Source of the DNA: Acidobacteriaceae bacterium
GTDB taxonomy: Bacteria > Acidobacteriota > Terriglobia > Terriglobales > Acidobacteriaceae
Assembly (NCBI GenBank): GCA_027343585.1
Contig: DAHWKP010000159.1
Coordinates: 1 to 50,611 of the forward strand
DNA length: 50,611 nucleotides
Reading direction: 5' to 3'
Shown: positions 9,565-18,433 of the stretch, piece by piece
Numbering within the stretch: the first letter of the stretch is position 1
How the letters are laid out: each line of letters opens with the position of its first letter
The notes under the pieces: model-generated
What the model was told of the DNA's origin: nothing
Database searches by the model: none
The model's input: only the letters and a program-made list of their open reading frames with translations
Translations under genes and position numbers: made by a program

Positions 9565-10839
9565 ATGCACATGCACGTTTCTGCTTCCGAATCGACATCC
9601 ACAAGAGCGGCCACAAAGCCCCAGTCCAAACGCCTGCGCTGGATTGCATTGGCAGCGTTGTTGTTGTTGTTGGCCGTACTGATTCCCCATTGGATGCAGA
9701 ATGCGACGCCCATCCACACGGCCACGGCCGAGCGCGCAGACCTGATTGACTACCTGAGCACAAACGGCAATGTGGAGCCGATCAGTGATTTTGTCGCGCA
9801 CAGTCCCGCAGCGGGCACAGTGAAAACAGTGCTCGTGCATGAAGGGCAGCGCGTAAGCCAAGGTCAATTACTGCTGACCATGGATGATGCTGCGGCGCAG
9901 GCGCAGGTGGCCTCGGCGCTGGCGGCACTGCGCACAGCGCAGGCGCAGATGGACGCCGTGCAGCAAGGCGGAACGCGCACGGAGCAACTACAGTTGCAGG
10001 CCAAGATCAATGCAGCCAGAGCGCGGCGCGATCATGCGCAGATCCTGCTGAACTCTCTGACGCAACTAGCGCAAAATGGCTCCGCCTCGCAGAACGAAGT
10101 GACGGCAGCCAGAACAAGCTTGGCCATTGACAACGCGACTTTGCAAAATCTGGAACAACAACAGACGCAGCGCTATGCGCCCATTGATCGCCAGCGAGCG
10201 GCTGCGGATCTATCCAACGCGCAGGCAGCCTACCAAGCCGCGCTGGATACACTGCAACAGGAAAATGTGCGCGCTCCGTTTGATGGCACGGTCTTCTCTG
10301 TCCCCGTGCAGGCCAGCGCGTACGTGCAACCGGGCGACGCACTGTTGCGCATGGCAAACTTGGCACGCATTCAAATTCGCGCCTACTTTGATGAGCCGGA
10401 GATTGGCCGCCTAGCGCTTGCTCAACCGGTGACCATCGTCTGGGATGCGCGTCCGGGACGCATCTGGCACGGGCACATCACGCAGGTACCGTCGACGATC
10501 ATCACATATGGAACGCGCCATGTGGGCGAGGCTTTGATCGCCGTCGATGACGCCGATGGCGTTCTGCTGCCGAACACCAATGTGACGCTGACCGTTACCA
10601 CCCTGCGCCTCAACCAAGTGCTGACAATTCCGCGCGAGGCGCTGCACGCCGAAGGCGGACAGAATTTTGTCTTCCGCGTCGTGAATGGCCGCTTGCTGCA
10701 AACTCCCATCCAGATTGGCGTATTGAACCTGACGCAGGTGCAGGTGCTCTCTGGCTTGGAGGAACACGCCGTGGTCGCCTTGAGCTCCACGGATGGCTCC
10801 ACGCTGCGCAACGGCCTACAGGTGCAAAACACTCCATAA
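9565..10839 (+). CDS. efflux transporter periplasmic adaptor subunit (HlyD/MacA-type membrane fusion protein)
   Basis: From the ATG at 9565: an N-terminal TM anchor (WIALAALLLLLAVLI), a long Ala/Gln-rich coiled-coil hairpin, VRAPFDGTV lipoyl-like and beta-barrel segments. The upstream part of the 593-aa track ORF is antisense to queF. Confidence 0.85.
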   Translation: MHMHVSASESTSTRAATKPQSKRLRWIALAALLLLLAVLIPHWMQNATPIHTATAERADLIDYLSTNGNVEPISDFVAHSPAAGTVKTVLVHEGQRVSQGQLLLTMDDAAAQAQVASALAALRTAQAQMDAVQQGGTRTEQLQLQAKINAARARRDHAQILLNSLTQLAQNGSASQNEVTAARTSLAIDNATLQNLEQQQTQRYAPIDRQRAAADLSNAQAAYQAALDTLQQENVRAPFDGTVFSVPVQASAYVQPGDALLRMANLARIQIRAYFDEPEIGRLALAQPVTIVWDARPGRIWHGHITQVPSTIITYGTRHVGEALIAVDDADGVLLPNTNVTLTVTTLRLNQVLTIPREALHAEGGQNFVFRVVNGRLLQTPIQIGVLNLTQVQVLSGLEEHAVVALSSTDGSTLRNGLQVQNTP

Positions 10840-11865
10840 ATGAAGCCCGCATTCCCCCGCACGCTACAACGATTTTTCCTATTGGGATTGTTTCCTTGGG
10901 CGACCCTGTGCGCGTCCGCTGCGCACGCACGCAGCCATAAGAAGCCACAAGCGATCGCACAGTCCACAAATGCAAGGAAGCAGGTTGGCGATGCGGCTGC
11001 GCACGCTTTGCTGGAACGCGGACATGCCGATGAGGCCATGGCGGAGTTGCAAAAAAATCTAGCGGCTCATCCACAAGACGCCGTGGCGCATAACTTGCTC
11101 TGCCGCACCTATTATTCGGAGCAACGCTGGCCAGAGGCGATTGATGAATGCCAGCGCGCGGTGGAATTGCAGCCAGTGGAAAGCGAATTTCATACCTGGC
11201 TGGGACGCAGCTACGGCGAGGCAGCCGAGCACGCCTCCTGGTTTACAGCTCTCAACCTGGCCCGCAAGGTTCACGCGGAGTTTGAGGATGCCGTGCGCCT
11301 GGCTCCACACAGCTCTGCCGCGTTAAGCGATCTGGGCGAGTACGCTGTGGAGGCTCCCGGATTTTTGGGCGGCGGGCTGGACAAAGCAGAGTCGATCGCG
11401 CAACAACTGCAACCGATTGATGCCGAGGCCTACCACGCACAGTTGGCGCGCATCGCGCACAAGCGCAAAGATCCGCAATCGCAGGAACGCGAGTTGAAGC
11501 TGGCCATTGCGCAGTCTGCGGCCCCAGCACATGCGTGGATGCAGTTGGCTTCCTTCGAGGCTTGGCGCGGCGACTATGCCGCCATGGAGCAGGCAATCCG
11601 CAACGGCTTGGCCTCCGATCCGCAGCATGACAGCGCCCTGATGGATGGAGCGTCGATTCTCATCCGGCACAAATATGACTCGGCACTGGCGCAAAATCTT
11701 TTGCAAATGTACATCACGTCCCAGCACACGACGGAAGAGTCCCCCGTCTTTGCCGCCGAGACGATGCTGGGCAACCTACTGCGCCAACAGGGCGACCTAT
11801 CGAGTGCGGAAAAAGAATTTACTGCGGCTCACGCACTGGCCGGTGAATACAAAGACGGACATTAG
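10840..11865 (+). CDS. secreted tetratricopeptide repeat protein
   Basis: Signal-peptide-like N-terminus (LLGLFPWATLCASAAHA) followed by TPR-like repeats (AVAHNLLCRTYYSEQRWPEAIDECQRAVEL...). Its ATG directly abuts the adaptor stop codon (TAAATG). Confidence 0.7.
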   Translation: MKPAFPRTLQRFFLLGLFPWATLCASAAHARSHKKPQAIAQSTNARKQVGDAAAHALLERGHADEAMAELQKNLAAHPQDAVAHNLLCRTYYSEQRWPEAIDECQRAVELQPVESEFHTWLGRSYGEAAEHASWFTALNLARKVHAEFEDAVRLAPHSSAALSDLGEYAVEAPGFLGGGLDKAESIAQQLQPIDAEAYHAQLARIAHKRKDPQSQERELKLAIAQSAAPAHAWMQLASFEAWRGDYAAMEQAIRNGLASDPQHDSALMDGASILIRHKYDSALAQNLLQMYITSQHTTEESPVFAAETMLGNLLRQQGDLSSAEKEFTAAHALAGEYKDGH

Positions 11866-11938
11866 GACCCATGCCCGGCATATTTGCTGGAGAAAATTGA
11901 GACGCGCTCAGAGCGGCGTATAGAATCAGCTAGAGAGC

Positions 11939-13252
11939 ATGAATCAGTTGCAACAATACGGTGGAAGGCTGTGCAGAGTTGTGTTGGCGTTCGCCTTGTG
12001 TGCATCGGTGTCCACTGCAGCGCACGCACAGATTTCTCTGGCCTCAGCGGTAAACCTTGCGCTGCAAAACAGCAGTCAGGTACGCATCGCCAGCGCAAAA
12101 CTAGAGCAAGCGCGCGGCACCTTATCTGAGGCACGCGGAGCATACGTACCCAACTTCTATGTTGGCGCAGGTCTGGGCTACTCGATGGGTTTCCCGTTGG
12201 GAACGCCGAATCTGTTCAATGCTGAATCGCAGTCGCTGCTCTTCAGCTTTTCGCAGCCGGATTATGTGCGCTCAGCCCACGCTGCCATACAATCCGCAGA
12301 ATTTTCTTTGCAGGACGCACGGCAGCAAGTATCACTCGATACAGCCACAGCTTGCCTCGATCTGGATAAAACCCACCGCCAAATTGCCGCGCTGCATGAG
12401 GCCATGGATGATGCAGCCCAGTTGATTGTCATCCTGGACAACCGCGTGGCCGCAGGCGTGGCCAGCAAAGTGGATCTGACCCGTGCCCGCCTGACACGCG
12501 CGCAAATGCAATTGCAGCAGATGCAGTTGGAGGACCATGCAGAGCAATTACAACAGCAGCTTGCGTCACTCACAGGACTGCCAGCCGATTCCATAACGCT
12601 CGATGCGAGCAGCATCCCTGCCCTGCCGGATCTTTCCTCAACCAGCATGCCGCAGACAGCGCAAGATCCCGCCGTACTCGCCGCGCAGTCCAAGGCGGAT
12701 TCGCTGATGTACACGGCTTTTGGCGACAACCGCCAGAATTACCGGCCTTCATTTCAGCAGATTACGCAGTACAGTTTATTTTCCACCTTCAACAACTATC
12801 AGAATTACTACACCAGCTTCCAGCAGAATAACTTTGGATTTGAAGTGCAGGTGACCATTCCGCTTTTTGATCCAATTCACCGTGCCAAGGGCATCGAATC
12901 GAATGCAGCCGCCAGCGTGGCCCGGCAGGAAGCGGAGCAGGCGCAAGCCCAGGTTTCCGCGCAAAGCTTGGCCTTGCGGCACCAACTCCGCGAGCTGAAG
13001 GCGGAGCAGGACGTGGCCAGCCTGCAACAACAGTTGGCGCAAGACACGCTGCAATCCCTGCAAGTACAAATGCAGAATGGCACAGCTTCTGCCGCCGCGG
13101 CCCCTGTAACTCCCCAGCAGGCTGAACAGGCGCGCATCGACGAACGCAGCCGCTACATTGACAAATTAGATGCTGACTTCGCTGTGGAACGTGTACAGTT
13201 GCAGCTATTGCGCCAGATGGGCACACTTAGCACATGGCTCCACGCACAATAA
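11939..13252 (+). CDS. TolC family outer membrane efflux protein
   Basis: Signal peptide (VVLAFALCASVSTAAHAQ), then the N-terminal SLASAVNLALQNSSQVR typical of OMF proteins. Two coiled-coil-rich repeats and a length of 437 aa also fit. Confidence 0.8.
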   Translation: MNQLQQYGGRLCRVVLAFALCASVSTAAHAQISLASAVNLALQNSSQVRIASAKLEQARGTLSEARGAYVPNFYVGAGLGYSMGFPLGTPNLFNAESQSLLFSFSQPDYVRSAHAAIQSAEFSLQDARQQVSLDTATACLDLDKTHRQIAALHEAMDDAAQLIVILDNRVAAGVASKVDLTRARLTRAQMQLQQMQLEDHAEQLQQQLASLTGLPADSITLDASSIPALPDLSSTSMPQTAQDPAVLAAQSKADSLMYTAFGDNRQNYRPSFQQITQYSLFSTFNNYQNYYTSFQQNNFGFEVQVTIPLFDPIHRAKGIESNAAASVARQEAEQAQAQVSAQSLALRHQLRELKAEQDVASLQQQLAQDTLQSLQVQMQNGTASAAAAPVTPQQAEQARIDERSRYIDKLDADFAVERVQLQLLRQMGTLSTWLHAQ

Positions 13253-13273
13253 AGCAACCTGCGAACCACCGAA

Positions 13274-13606
13274 CTATGTTGTGGATTCTTCCACAACGGA
13301 TGTCGCCAGCCAGCGCAGATACTCCGCACTGCCCGCATCCATTTTGAGCACGAGAAACTCTGGCAGTTCATAGGAATGCAGCTCGCGCAGTGTTGATTCC
13401 AACTGCGGCAGCAGCATGGCCTGCGTTTTGATGAGCAGCAGCCATTCTGTGGCGGACTCAATTGCGCCCTGCCAGCGATAGATGGACTGCACGCGTTCCA
13501 CGATGTTGACGCAGGCGGCCAGGTGCCGTTCCACCAGCGCGCGGGCCAGTACTTGCGCCTCGTCGGCGGAATCGATGGTCGTCATCACAATGCGCGCATC
13601 CGTCAT
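13274..13606 (-). CDS. cutA: divalent-cation tolerance protein CutA
   Basis: 110-aa product from the ATG at 13606 (MTDARIVMTT...AACVNIVERVQSIYRWQG...), a typical CutA1 length and core. Confidence 0.85.
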   Translation of the reverse strand: MTDARIVMTTIDSADEAQVLARALVERHLAACVNIVERVQSIYRWQGAIESATEWLLLIKTQAMLLPQLESTLRELHSYELPEFLVLKMDAGSAEYLRWLATSVVEESTT

Positions 13607-13737
13607 TGCCCTATTTGTACACCATGGCACGGCGCGCACTGGGGAAAATCCGGTATTCTGAAGCGTTGTGCGCCGCGTGCATGTGCAGAGGTTTGCACCG
13701 GGATCTGCGGACCACGCACGGAAACTCAGGAGGCAGA

Positions 13738-15135
13738 ATGGCGGTTGCAATTCGATTTGGAACCTCAGGCTGGCGGGCGGTGGTGGCCGAGGAATTTACG
13801 TTGGCGAATGTGCGCCGCGCGGTAACGGGCATTGCGCGCTATGTGGCGCAACAGCCGGGGCCGCAGCGAATCTTGGTCGGGCGCGATCCACGCTTTCTTG
13901 GCGAGATGTTTGCCGCCGAAGCTGCCGCGATTCTGGCCGCGCATGACGTTACGCCGGTGGTGATTGCCGAACCAGCTCCGACCCCGGCGATTGCCTACGC
14001 CGTGCGCGAGCGCAAGATGAGCGGCGCGATCAACTTTACCGCCTCGCACAATCCGCCAGAGTACAACGGCATTAAATTTTCCACGCCAGACGGCGCACCT
14101 GCGTTGCCCGAGGTGACAAAAAAGATTGAGGCGGAGATTGCCGCACTGGGCGAAGCCGTTGTGCCGCCAGCGCAGCCTGCCAATGCCGCCACAACCGATG
14201 TGCGGCCAGAGTATTTGCGACGGCTGGATGAGTTGATTGATCTCAAGGCCATCGCCAAGGCCAAGCTGCGCGTGGTGGTCGATCCCTTTTGGGGCGCGGG
14301 GCGCGGTTACGCGCAAGCGTTGCTGGAGCAGCATGGCGTGCAGGCGGTGAGCGTACACGACTACCGCGATGTATTGTTTGGCGGCCATGCGCCAGAGCCG
14401 GATGGAGAGCTGTTGAACGATTGCCGACAAACAATGCGCACGACCGACGCGCATTTGGGTATCGCCACCGATGGCGACGCCGACCGTTTTGGCATTGTGG
14501 ACCGCGATGGCACGTTCATCCAGCCGAATTACATTCTGGCGCTGCTCTTCGACTACTTGGTGGAGACGCGCGGCTGGACCAATGGCGTGGCCAAGAGCGT
14601 GGCGACAACAAACCTGATCAACGCGCTGGCCGAGAAGAAAAAAATTCCGCTGTATGAGACGCCCGTAGGATTCAAATACATTGGCGAGCTGATTTTGCAG
14701 GACAAGATCGCGCTGGGCGGCGAGGAAAGCGCAGGGTTGACGATTCGCGGCCATGTGCCGGAAAAAGATGGCATTCTGGCTGGGCTACTGGTTGCGGAGA
14801 TGGTGGCCAAACGCGGCAAAACTCTGGGCGAGCAATTGCAGGCCCTCTTTGCGCAGGTGGGCGCTTGGTATCCGCGCCGGGAAAATTTTCATTTGACCCA
14901 GGCGGCCAAGGAGAAATTTTCTGCCAAGCTGAAGGCGGATCCAAAAACGATGGGCGGGCGCGCCGTGCAAAAAGTGGTGCGCACGGATGGATTGAAGTTG
15001 ATCTTCGACGATGGATCGTGGGTCTGTTACCGGCTATCGGGCACGGAGCCAGTGGTGCGCGCCTACACCGAAGCCCGCTCAGAAGAAGAATCGGCCAAGC
15101 TGACCGCTGCCGCTGAACAATGGGTGATGGAATAG
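13738..15135 (+). CDS. phosphoglucomutase/phosphomannomutase family protein (alpha-D-phosphohexomutase)
   Basis: MAVAIRFGTSGWR start preceded by GGAGG. Active-site TASHNPPEYNGIK, Mg-binding DGDADR and sugar-binding GEESAG are present. Confidence 0.9.
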   Translation: MAVAIRFGTSGWRAVVAEEFTLANVRRAVTGIARYVAQQPGPQRILVGRDPRFLGEMFAAEAAAILAAHDVTPVVIAEPAPTPAIAYAVRERKMSGAINFTASHNPPEYNGIKFSTPDGAPALPEVTKKIEAEIAALGEAVVPPAQPANAATTDVRPEYLRRLDELIDLKAIAKAKLRVVVDPFWGAGRGYAQALLEQHGVQAVSVHDYRDVLFGGHAPEPDGELLNDCRQTMRTTDAHLGIATDGDADRFGIVDRDGTFIQPNYILALLFDYLVETRGWTNGVAKSVATTNLINALAEKKKIPLYETPVGFKYIGELILQDKIALGGEESAGLTIRGHVPEKDGILAGLLVAEMVAKRGKTLGEQLQALFAQVGAWYPRRENFHLTQAAKEKFSAKLKADPKTMGGRAVQKVVRTDGLKLIFDDGSWVCYRLSGTEPVVRAYTEARSEEESAKLTAAAEQWVME

Positions 15136-15572
15136 CTGGAATGGTTCCGCGCAAACCAACCACGCACAGTACGACGCAATTGCGTCAACCCGCCGCAGCT
15201 CCCACGCACGCAGAGAGCAGCGTGGCGCAGCAAGTCGCGCATTGGCTGGCAGCATCACGGCAGCGGATTGTTGTTGTGCTGCTGGCTGGCAGCGGACTGT
15301 TTCTGCTCTACTTCGTCATCTTTGGCCGCGATGGTGTGTCCGCATTCCTGCAAAAGCGCCGCGAGTCCCAACAATTGCAGCAACAAATGCAAACGCTGCA
15401 ACAGGAAAATCAACAGATGACACAGCATAATCAGCGCCTGCTGAATGACCCAAATGCGATCGAAGACGCCGCGCGCAGGCAGTTGCATTACACGCGACCG
15501 GGTGAGGTGATCTACACGCTGCCCGAGGCTCCCGGCGCGCAGCCGGAAGCCAAGCCCAGCCAGTCCAAGTAA
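15120..15572 (+). CDS. septum formation initiator family protein (FtsB/DivIC-like)
   Basis: A single TM helix (VVVLLAGSGLFLLYFVIF) is followed by a Gln/Leu coiled coil and a C-terminal DPNAIEDAARRQLHYTRPGEVIY motif typical of FtsB/DivIC. The start is ambiguous (15120 or 15141). Confidence 0.6.
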   Translation: MGDGIAGMVPRKPTTHSTTQLRQPAAAPTHAESSVAQQVAHWLAASRQRIVVVLLAGSGLFLLYFVIFGRDGVSAFLQKRRESQQLQQQMQTLQQENQQMTQHNQRLLNDPNAIEDAARRQLHYTRPGEVIYTLPEAPGAQPEAKPSQSK

Positions 15573-15623
15573 TGCGCCTTGACTGAGAAATTTCTGGTAC
15601 GGTCAGACAAAACCATTGCCTCA

Positions 15624-15676
15624 GGGGCTAAAAGCCCAACATCCCAGTGCGCAATAACGAACGGGCTAAAGCCCGT
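15624..15676. repeat. pair of small GGGC-TAAA(A)-GCCC stem-loops in a convergent intergenic region
   Basis: ggggc-taaaa-gccc at 15624-15637 and acgggc-taaa-gcccgt at 15661-15676, between the FtsB-like gene and the porin gene, which converge here. Confidence 0.3.
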
Positions 15677-15708
15677 CCCCTTCAAGAGGCGTGGGGCGTG
15701 AACTTCCC

Positions 15709-17229
15709 TTAAAACTCCACGTGCATGCGCACAGATTGCACATCGACCGGGCCGCGATCCTGGTTGTAGCCGGGATGTGCGATCCACGTGTTGCCTATCG
15801 CGTAATACAGGCCCTTCCACGCATGCAGGTTGTAGTAGGATTCAACGATGTCCTCGCGCGCGTAGTTCAAGCGGCCATCGCCGAGGATGAAGCCCAGCCC
15901 GCCCAGACGCAGATAATTTTGATGATCCTTTTTGATGGCGTTGGTGTTGACGGCCACGGCGAGGTTGTCTGCCGGGCGATGCCAGCGCGCGCCCGTGTAG
16001 CGAGCGCCCCACAAAAATGTCTGATCCGTCTCCGTGTAGGCAAAGGATTCATGCTGGCCTTCATTCCAGCCAAAACGCGCGGCCACGGTTAGATTTTCTG
16101 TCAGCTCCTGCTCCACGTTCACGCCAAAACCATATTTCAACGCGCCAAATTTTTCGACGGAGGTAATTTCCGGCGTGGGTGTAATTCCAGCCAGGTAGGC
16201 GTTGACCGCATCGCGGTACAGTCCCATGTGCGCATTGTTGCCGTAGGCGAGCAGACGCAGGGCACCCACGCGGCCCGGCAAAAGGCTCTTGCTCAACTCA
16301 AACTCCGCATTCTGGCTGCGCGCGCGGCGCAAGGCCCAATCGAGCGTGATGCCGTTGGCCACGGTAGGCATCAGCGCCACGGCGTAGCGCACGGCCCAGG
16401 AGCGATCCTGATACTCCAGCACCGTGGCGTAGGTGTAGCCGCGCGTGTCCGCGGCATAATCCCATGCGCCATTGTTGTCCACCGTCCAATCCATAAATTG
16501 CAGGTGGCTGTCGCTCAGCACCGAGTTGACGTCGTACATATCGGGCAACGTCAGCTTGCCAATGCGAATATCCAAGCGGCGCACAGGCACCTGCGTGGCC
16601 AGAGCCAGCGGCCCGCGCGGCTGCCCAATGGTTTCATTGGTAAAGCCGATGGTCTGGTGCCACTCCACGCGAGCCGTGTAGGGCAGCTCGCTCAGGTTGG
16701 GATTGCGCACCACATCCAAATTGGTGAATCCAGCCAGGCCGAGCGCTTGGCTCAAACCACGCCCACCCGCATTTTCCTCGTCGTAGAGGATTTCGCTTTC
16801 ATAGCGTGGCGCACGAAACAACTGCCAACCTAGATAGAGCGTGGCCACTTCCGAAGCCTTGTACTGAAAGGGCGCGGTAAAGCTATTCGTCCCCTGATAG
16901 GGCGAATGGAAGTTGGGGTGCATCTGGTAGATGGTATTTTCCTGGCCACTGATCCACCAGCGCGTATCGTCCGGATGCGGAGCGAATGTCAACTGCGGCC
17001 CGGATGCAGACTCCGGCGCAGGAATCACAGCGGATTCCCCGCGTCCTTGCGGCATATCGGCCCAAACATCGCTGGGCAGCAGCAGCGTGGAAACATTCGG
17101 GTACGCGGTCTCCTGTGGACGTGGAGCTGCGGGCAGCGCGGATGGCGCAGCCGATGCGGCGGGTTGTGGCGCGCCGGAAAAAACAGGCGCTGGCGGCACC
17201 AGTATCAGGCCGAAGAGCAAAATGACCAT
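15709..17229 (-). CDS. carbohydrate-selective porin (OprB family-like outer membrane beta-barrel)
   Basis: From the ATG at 17229 (MVILLFGLILVPP...): a Pro/Ala-rich linker, then alternating beta-strand pattern, aromatic girdles and a C-terminal ...VRMHVEF ending in Phe. The 801-aa track ORF adds an implausible Arg/Cys/Gly-rich N-terminal extension. Confidence 0.7.
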   Translation of the reverse strand: MVILLFGLILVPPAPVFSGAPQPAASAAPSALPAAPRPQETAYPNVSTLLLPSDVWADMPQGRGESAVIPAPESASGPQLTFAPHPDDTRWWISGQENTIYQMHPNFHSPYQGTNSFTAPFQYKASEVATLYLGWQLFRAPRYESEILYDEENAGGRGLSQALGLAGFTNLDVVRNPNLSELPYTARVEWHQTIGFTNETIGQPRGPLALATQVPVRRLDIRIGKLTLPDMYDVNSVLSDSHLQFMDWTVDNNGAWDYAADTRGYTYATVLEYQDRSWAVRYAVALMPTVANGITLDWALRRARSQNAEFELSKSLLPGRVGALRLLAYGNNAHMGLYRDAVNAYLAGITPTPEITSVEKFGALKYGFGVNVEQELTENLTVAARFGWNEGQHESFAYTETDQTFLWGARYTGARWHRPADNLAVAVNTNAIKKDHQNYLRLGGLGFILGDGRLNYAREDIVESYYNLHAWKGLYYAIGNTWIAHPGYNQDRGPVDVQSVRMHVEF

Positions 17230-17416
17230 ACAAATATCCACGCACACGGAGAGGTATGCGGTTCCCAAGAAAGATTCAACACGAGGTTGGTTGCAGAAGG
17301 ATGAACGAACCGGAGCCACAGGCAACCTAAAGAGGAGCCGTAAAGCAAGACCGGCGCAGAACGTTGTGCTCGCTGCGTACTCAGAATATCCCACTCCCAA
17401 GCATGTGGCAACGCAC

Positions 17417-17445
17417 TTGCAAAAAAAAATCCACCGGGCTAGCAT
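17417..17445 (+). promoter_or_regulatory. candidate sigma70-type promoter (TTGCAA-N17-TAGCAT) containing an A9 tract
   Basis: Read directly from the sequence: -35 TTGCAA at 17417-17422, a 17-nt spacer, and -10 TAGCAT at 17440-17445. It lies about 80 nt upstream of the ATG at 17524. Confidence 0.3.
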
Positions 17446-17523
17446 CAAAAAAGATTCAGAGAGTGCACCGGAAGTCTCCATCGCAAGACCTTTGCTCTTG
17501 TGTGTCTGAACACGCATGCAGCC

Positions 17524-18288
17524 ATGAAAAAACCTTTTCTCTTGCTTTTGATTGCCGTTTTGGCGTGTACTTCCGCGCAGGTCTGTTCGGCACAGGCGTC
17601 CAGTTCCGTCGCGCCCACACACACATCCTCCTCGGTCACAGTCAGCGATTCCCTGCTGGCGTCGGCAGATTTGCCGGATGCGCCGGAGGTGCAAACAACC
17701 TCCGCTCCCCCCGCGGCAAAGCCGGATGCTGGCGCGGATCAAAATGGCGCGCTCTCCCTGGGCGACTTGGGATTTGCACCCAGCCAAACCAAGGCCAATG
17801 CTGCCGAACAAGCACGTCTGGACAAACGCACGCACATGCTCAAAGTGCATCAACGTCTGGGCCTCATCACACTGGCCCCGATGTATGCCAGCGTGCTGGT
17901 CTCCGGGGGAGCCAAGTCGCACTTCACGCATGGATCGACGACTCCAACGATCACGCCACCGAGCGATGCCAATGTTGATCTGCACGCCGCGCTGGGTTCC
18001 CTGACGGCGACACTTTATGCCGCAACGGCCTACTATGCGATTCGCGCACCGAAGATTCCCGGCGTTAAACCGAAAGGGGCCATTCGTGTGCATAAGGCGC
18101 TCGTCTGGATTCACGGCCCGGGCATGATTCTGACGCCGATATTGGGCGGCATGGCGTTAAGTCAGGAAGAAAAAGGCCAGAAGGTGCATGGCATCGCAGC
18201 CGCTCATGGTGCCGTGGCAGCCGTCACCGTCCTTGCCTACACGGGATCGATCATCGCTGTTTCCTGGCCAATTCATTTGAAGTTTTAA
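17524..18288 (+). CDS. hypothetical membrane protein: signal peptide, low-complexity region, four hydrophobic helices each preceded by His
   Basis: The ATG at 17524 gives MKKPFLLLLIAVLACTSAQVCSAQA. The C-terminal half has four hydrophobic segments flanked by conserved-looking His residues (KVHQRLG, DLHAALG, RVHKALVWIHG, KVHGIAAAHG). Confidence 0.55.
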   Translation: MKKPFLLLLIAVLACTSAQVCSAQASSSVAPTHTSSSVTVSDSLLASADLPDAPEVQTTSAPPAAKPDAGADQNGALSLGDLGFAPSQTKANAAEQARLDKRTHMLKVHQRLGLITLAPMYASVLVSGGAKSHFTHGSTTPTITPPSDANVDLHAALGSLTATLYAATAYYAIRAPKIPGVKPKGAIRVHKALVWIHGPGMILTPILGGMALSQEEKGQKVHGIAAAHGAVAAVTVLAYTGSIIAVSWPIHLKF

Positions 18289-18308
18289 AGGTGTCTGTAC
18301 GCGCCTTG

Positions 18309-18329
18309 CCGCAGAGTTCTGAACTGCGG
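18309..18329 (+). terminator. weak candidate stem-loop after the membrane protein gene
   Basis: ccgcag-agttctgaa-ctgcgg followed by ttgtaaac. The T-tract is poor. Confidence 0.2.
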
Positions 18330-18433
18330 TTGTAAACAGGACTTTCGCTTGAAATGACACGAAGATTTGGGCGAAGTGTTGATTTTCTTTTGACGAGGCT
18401 ACTGTACCTTTATTTCACCAAGGAGTCTCTATC

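Noticed and set aside
17230-18114. N-terminal ~295 aa of the 801-aa minus-strand ORF (15709-18114)
   Set aside because: The extension is Arg/Cys/Gly-rich with no membrane or secretion signal, and it overlaps the plus-strand gene at 17524-18288. The porin-like sequence begins at the internal ATG at 17229, which has a signal-like N-terminus. This is a typical GC-driven ORF extension.
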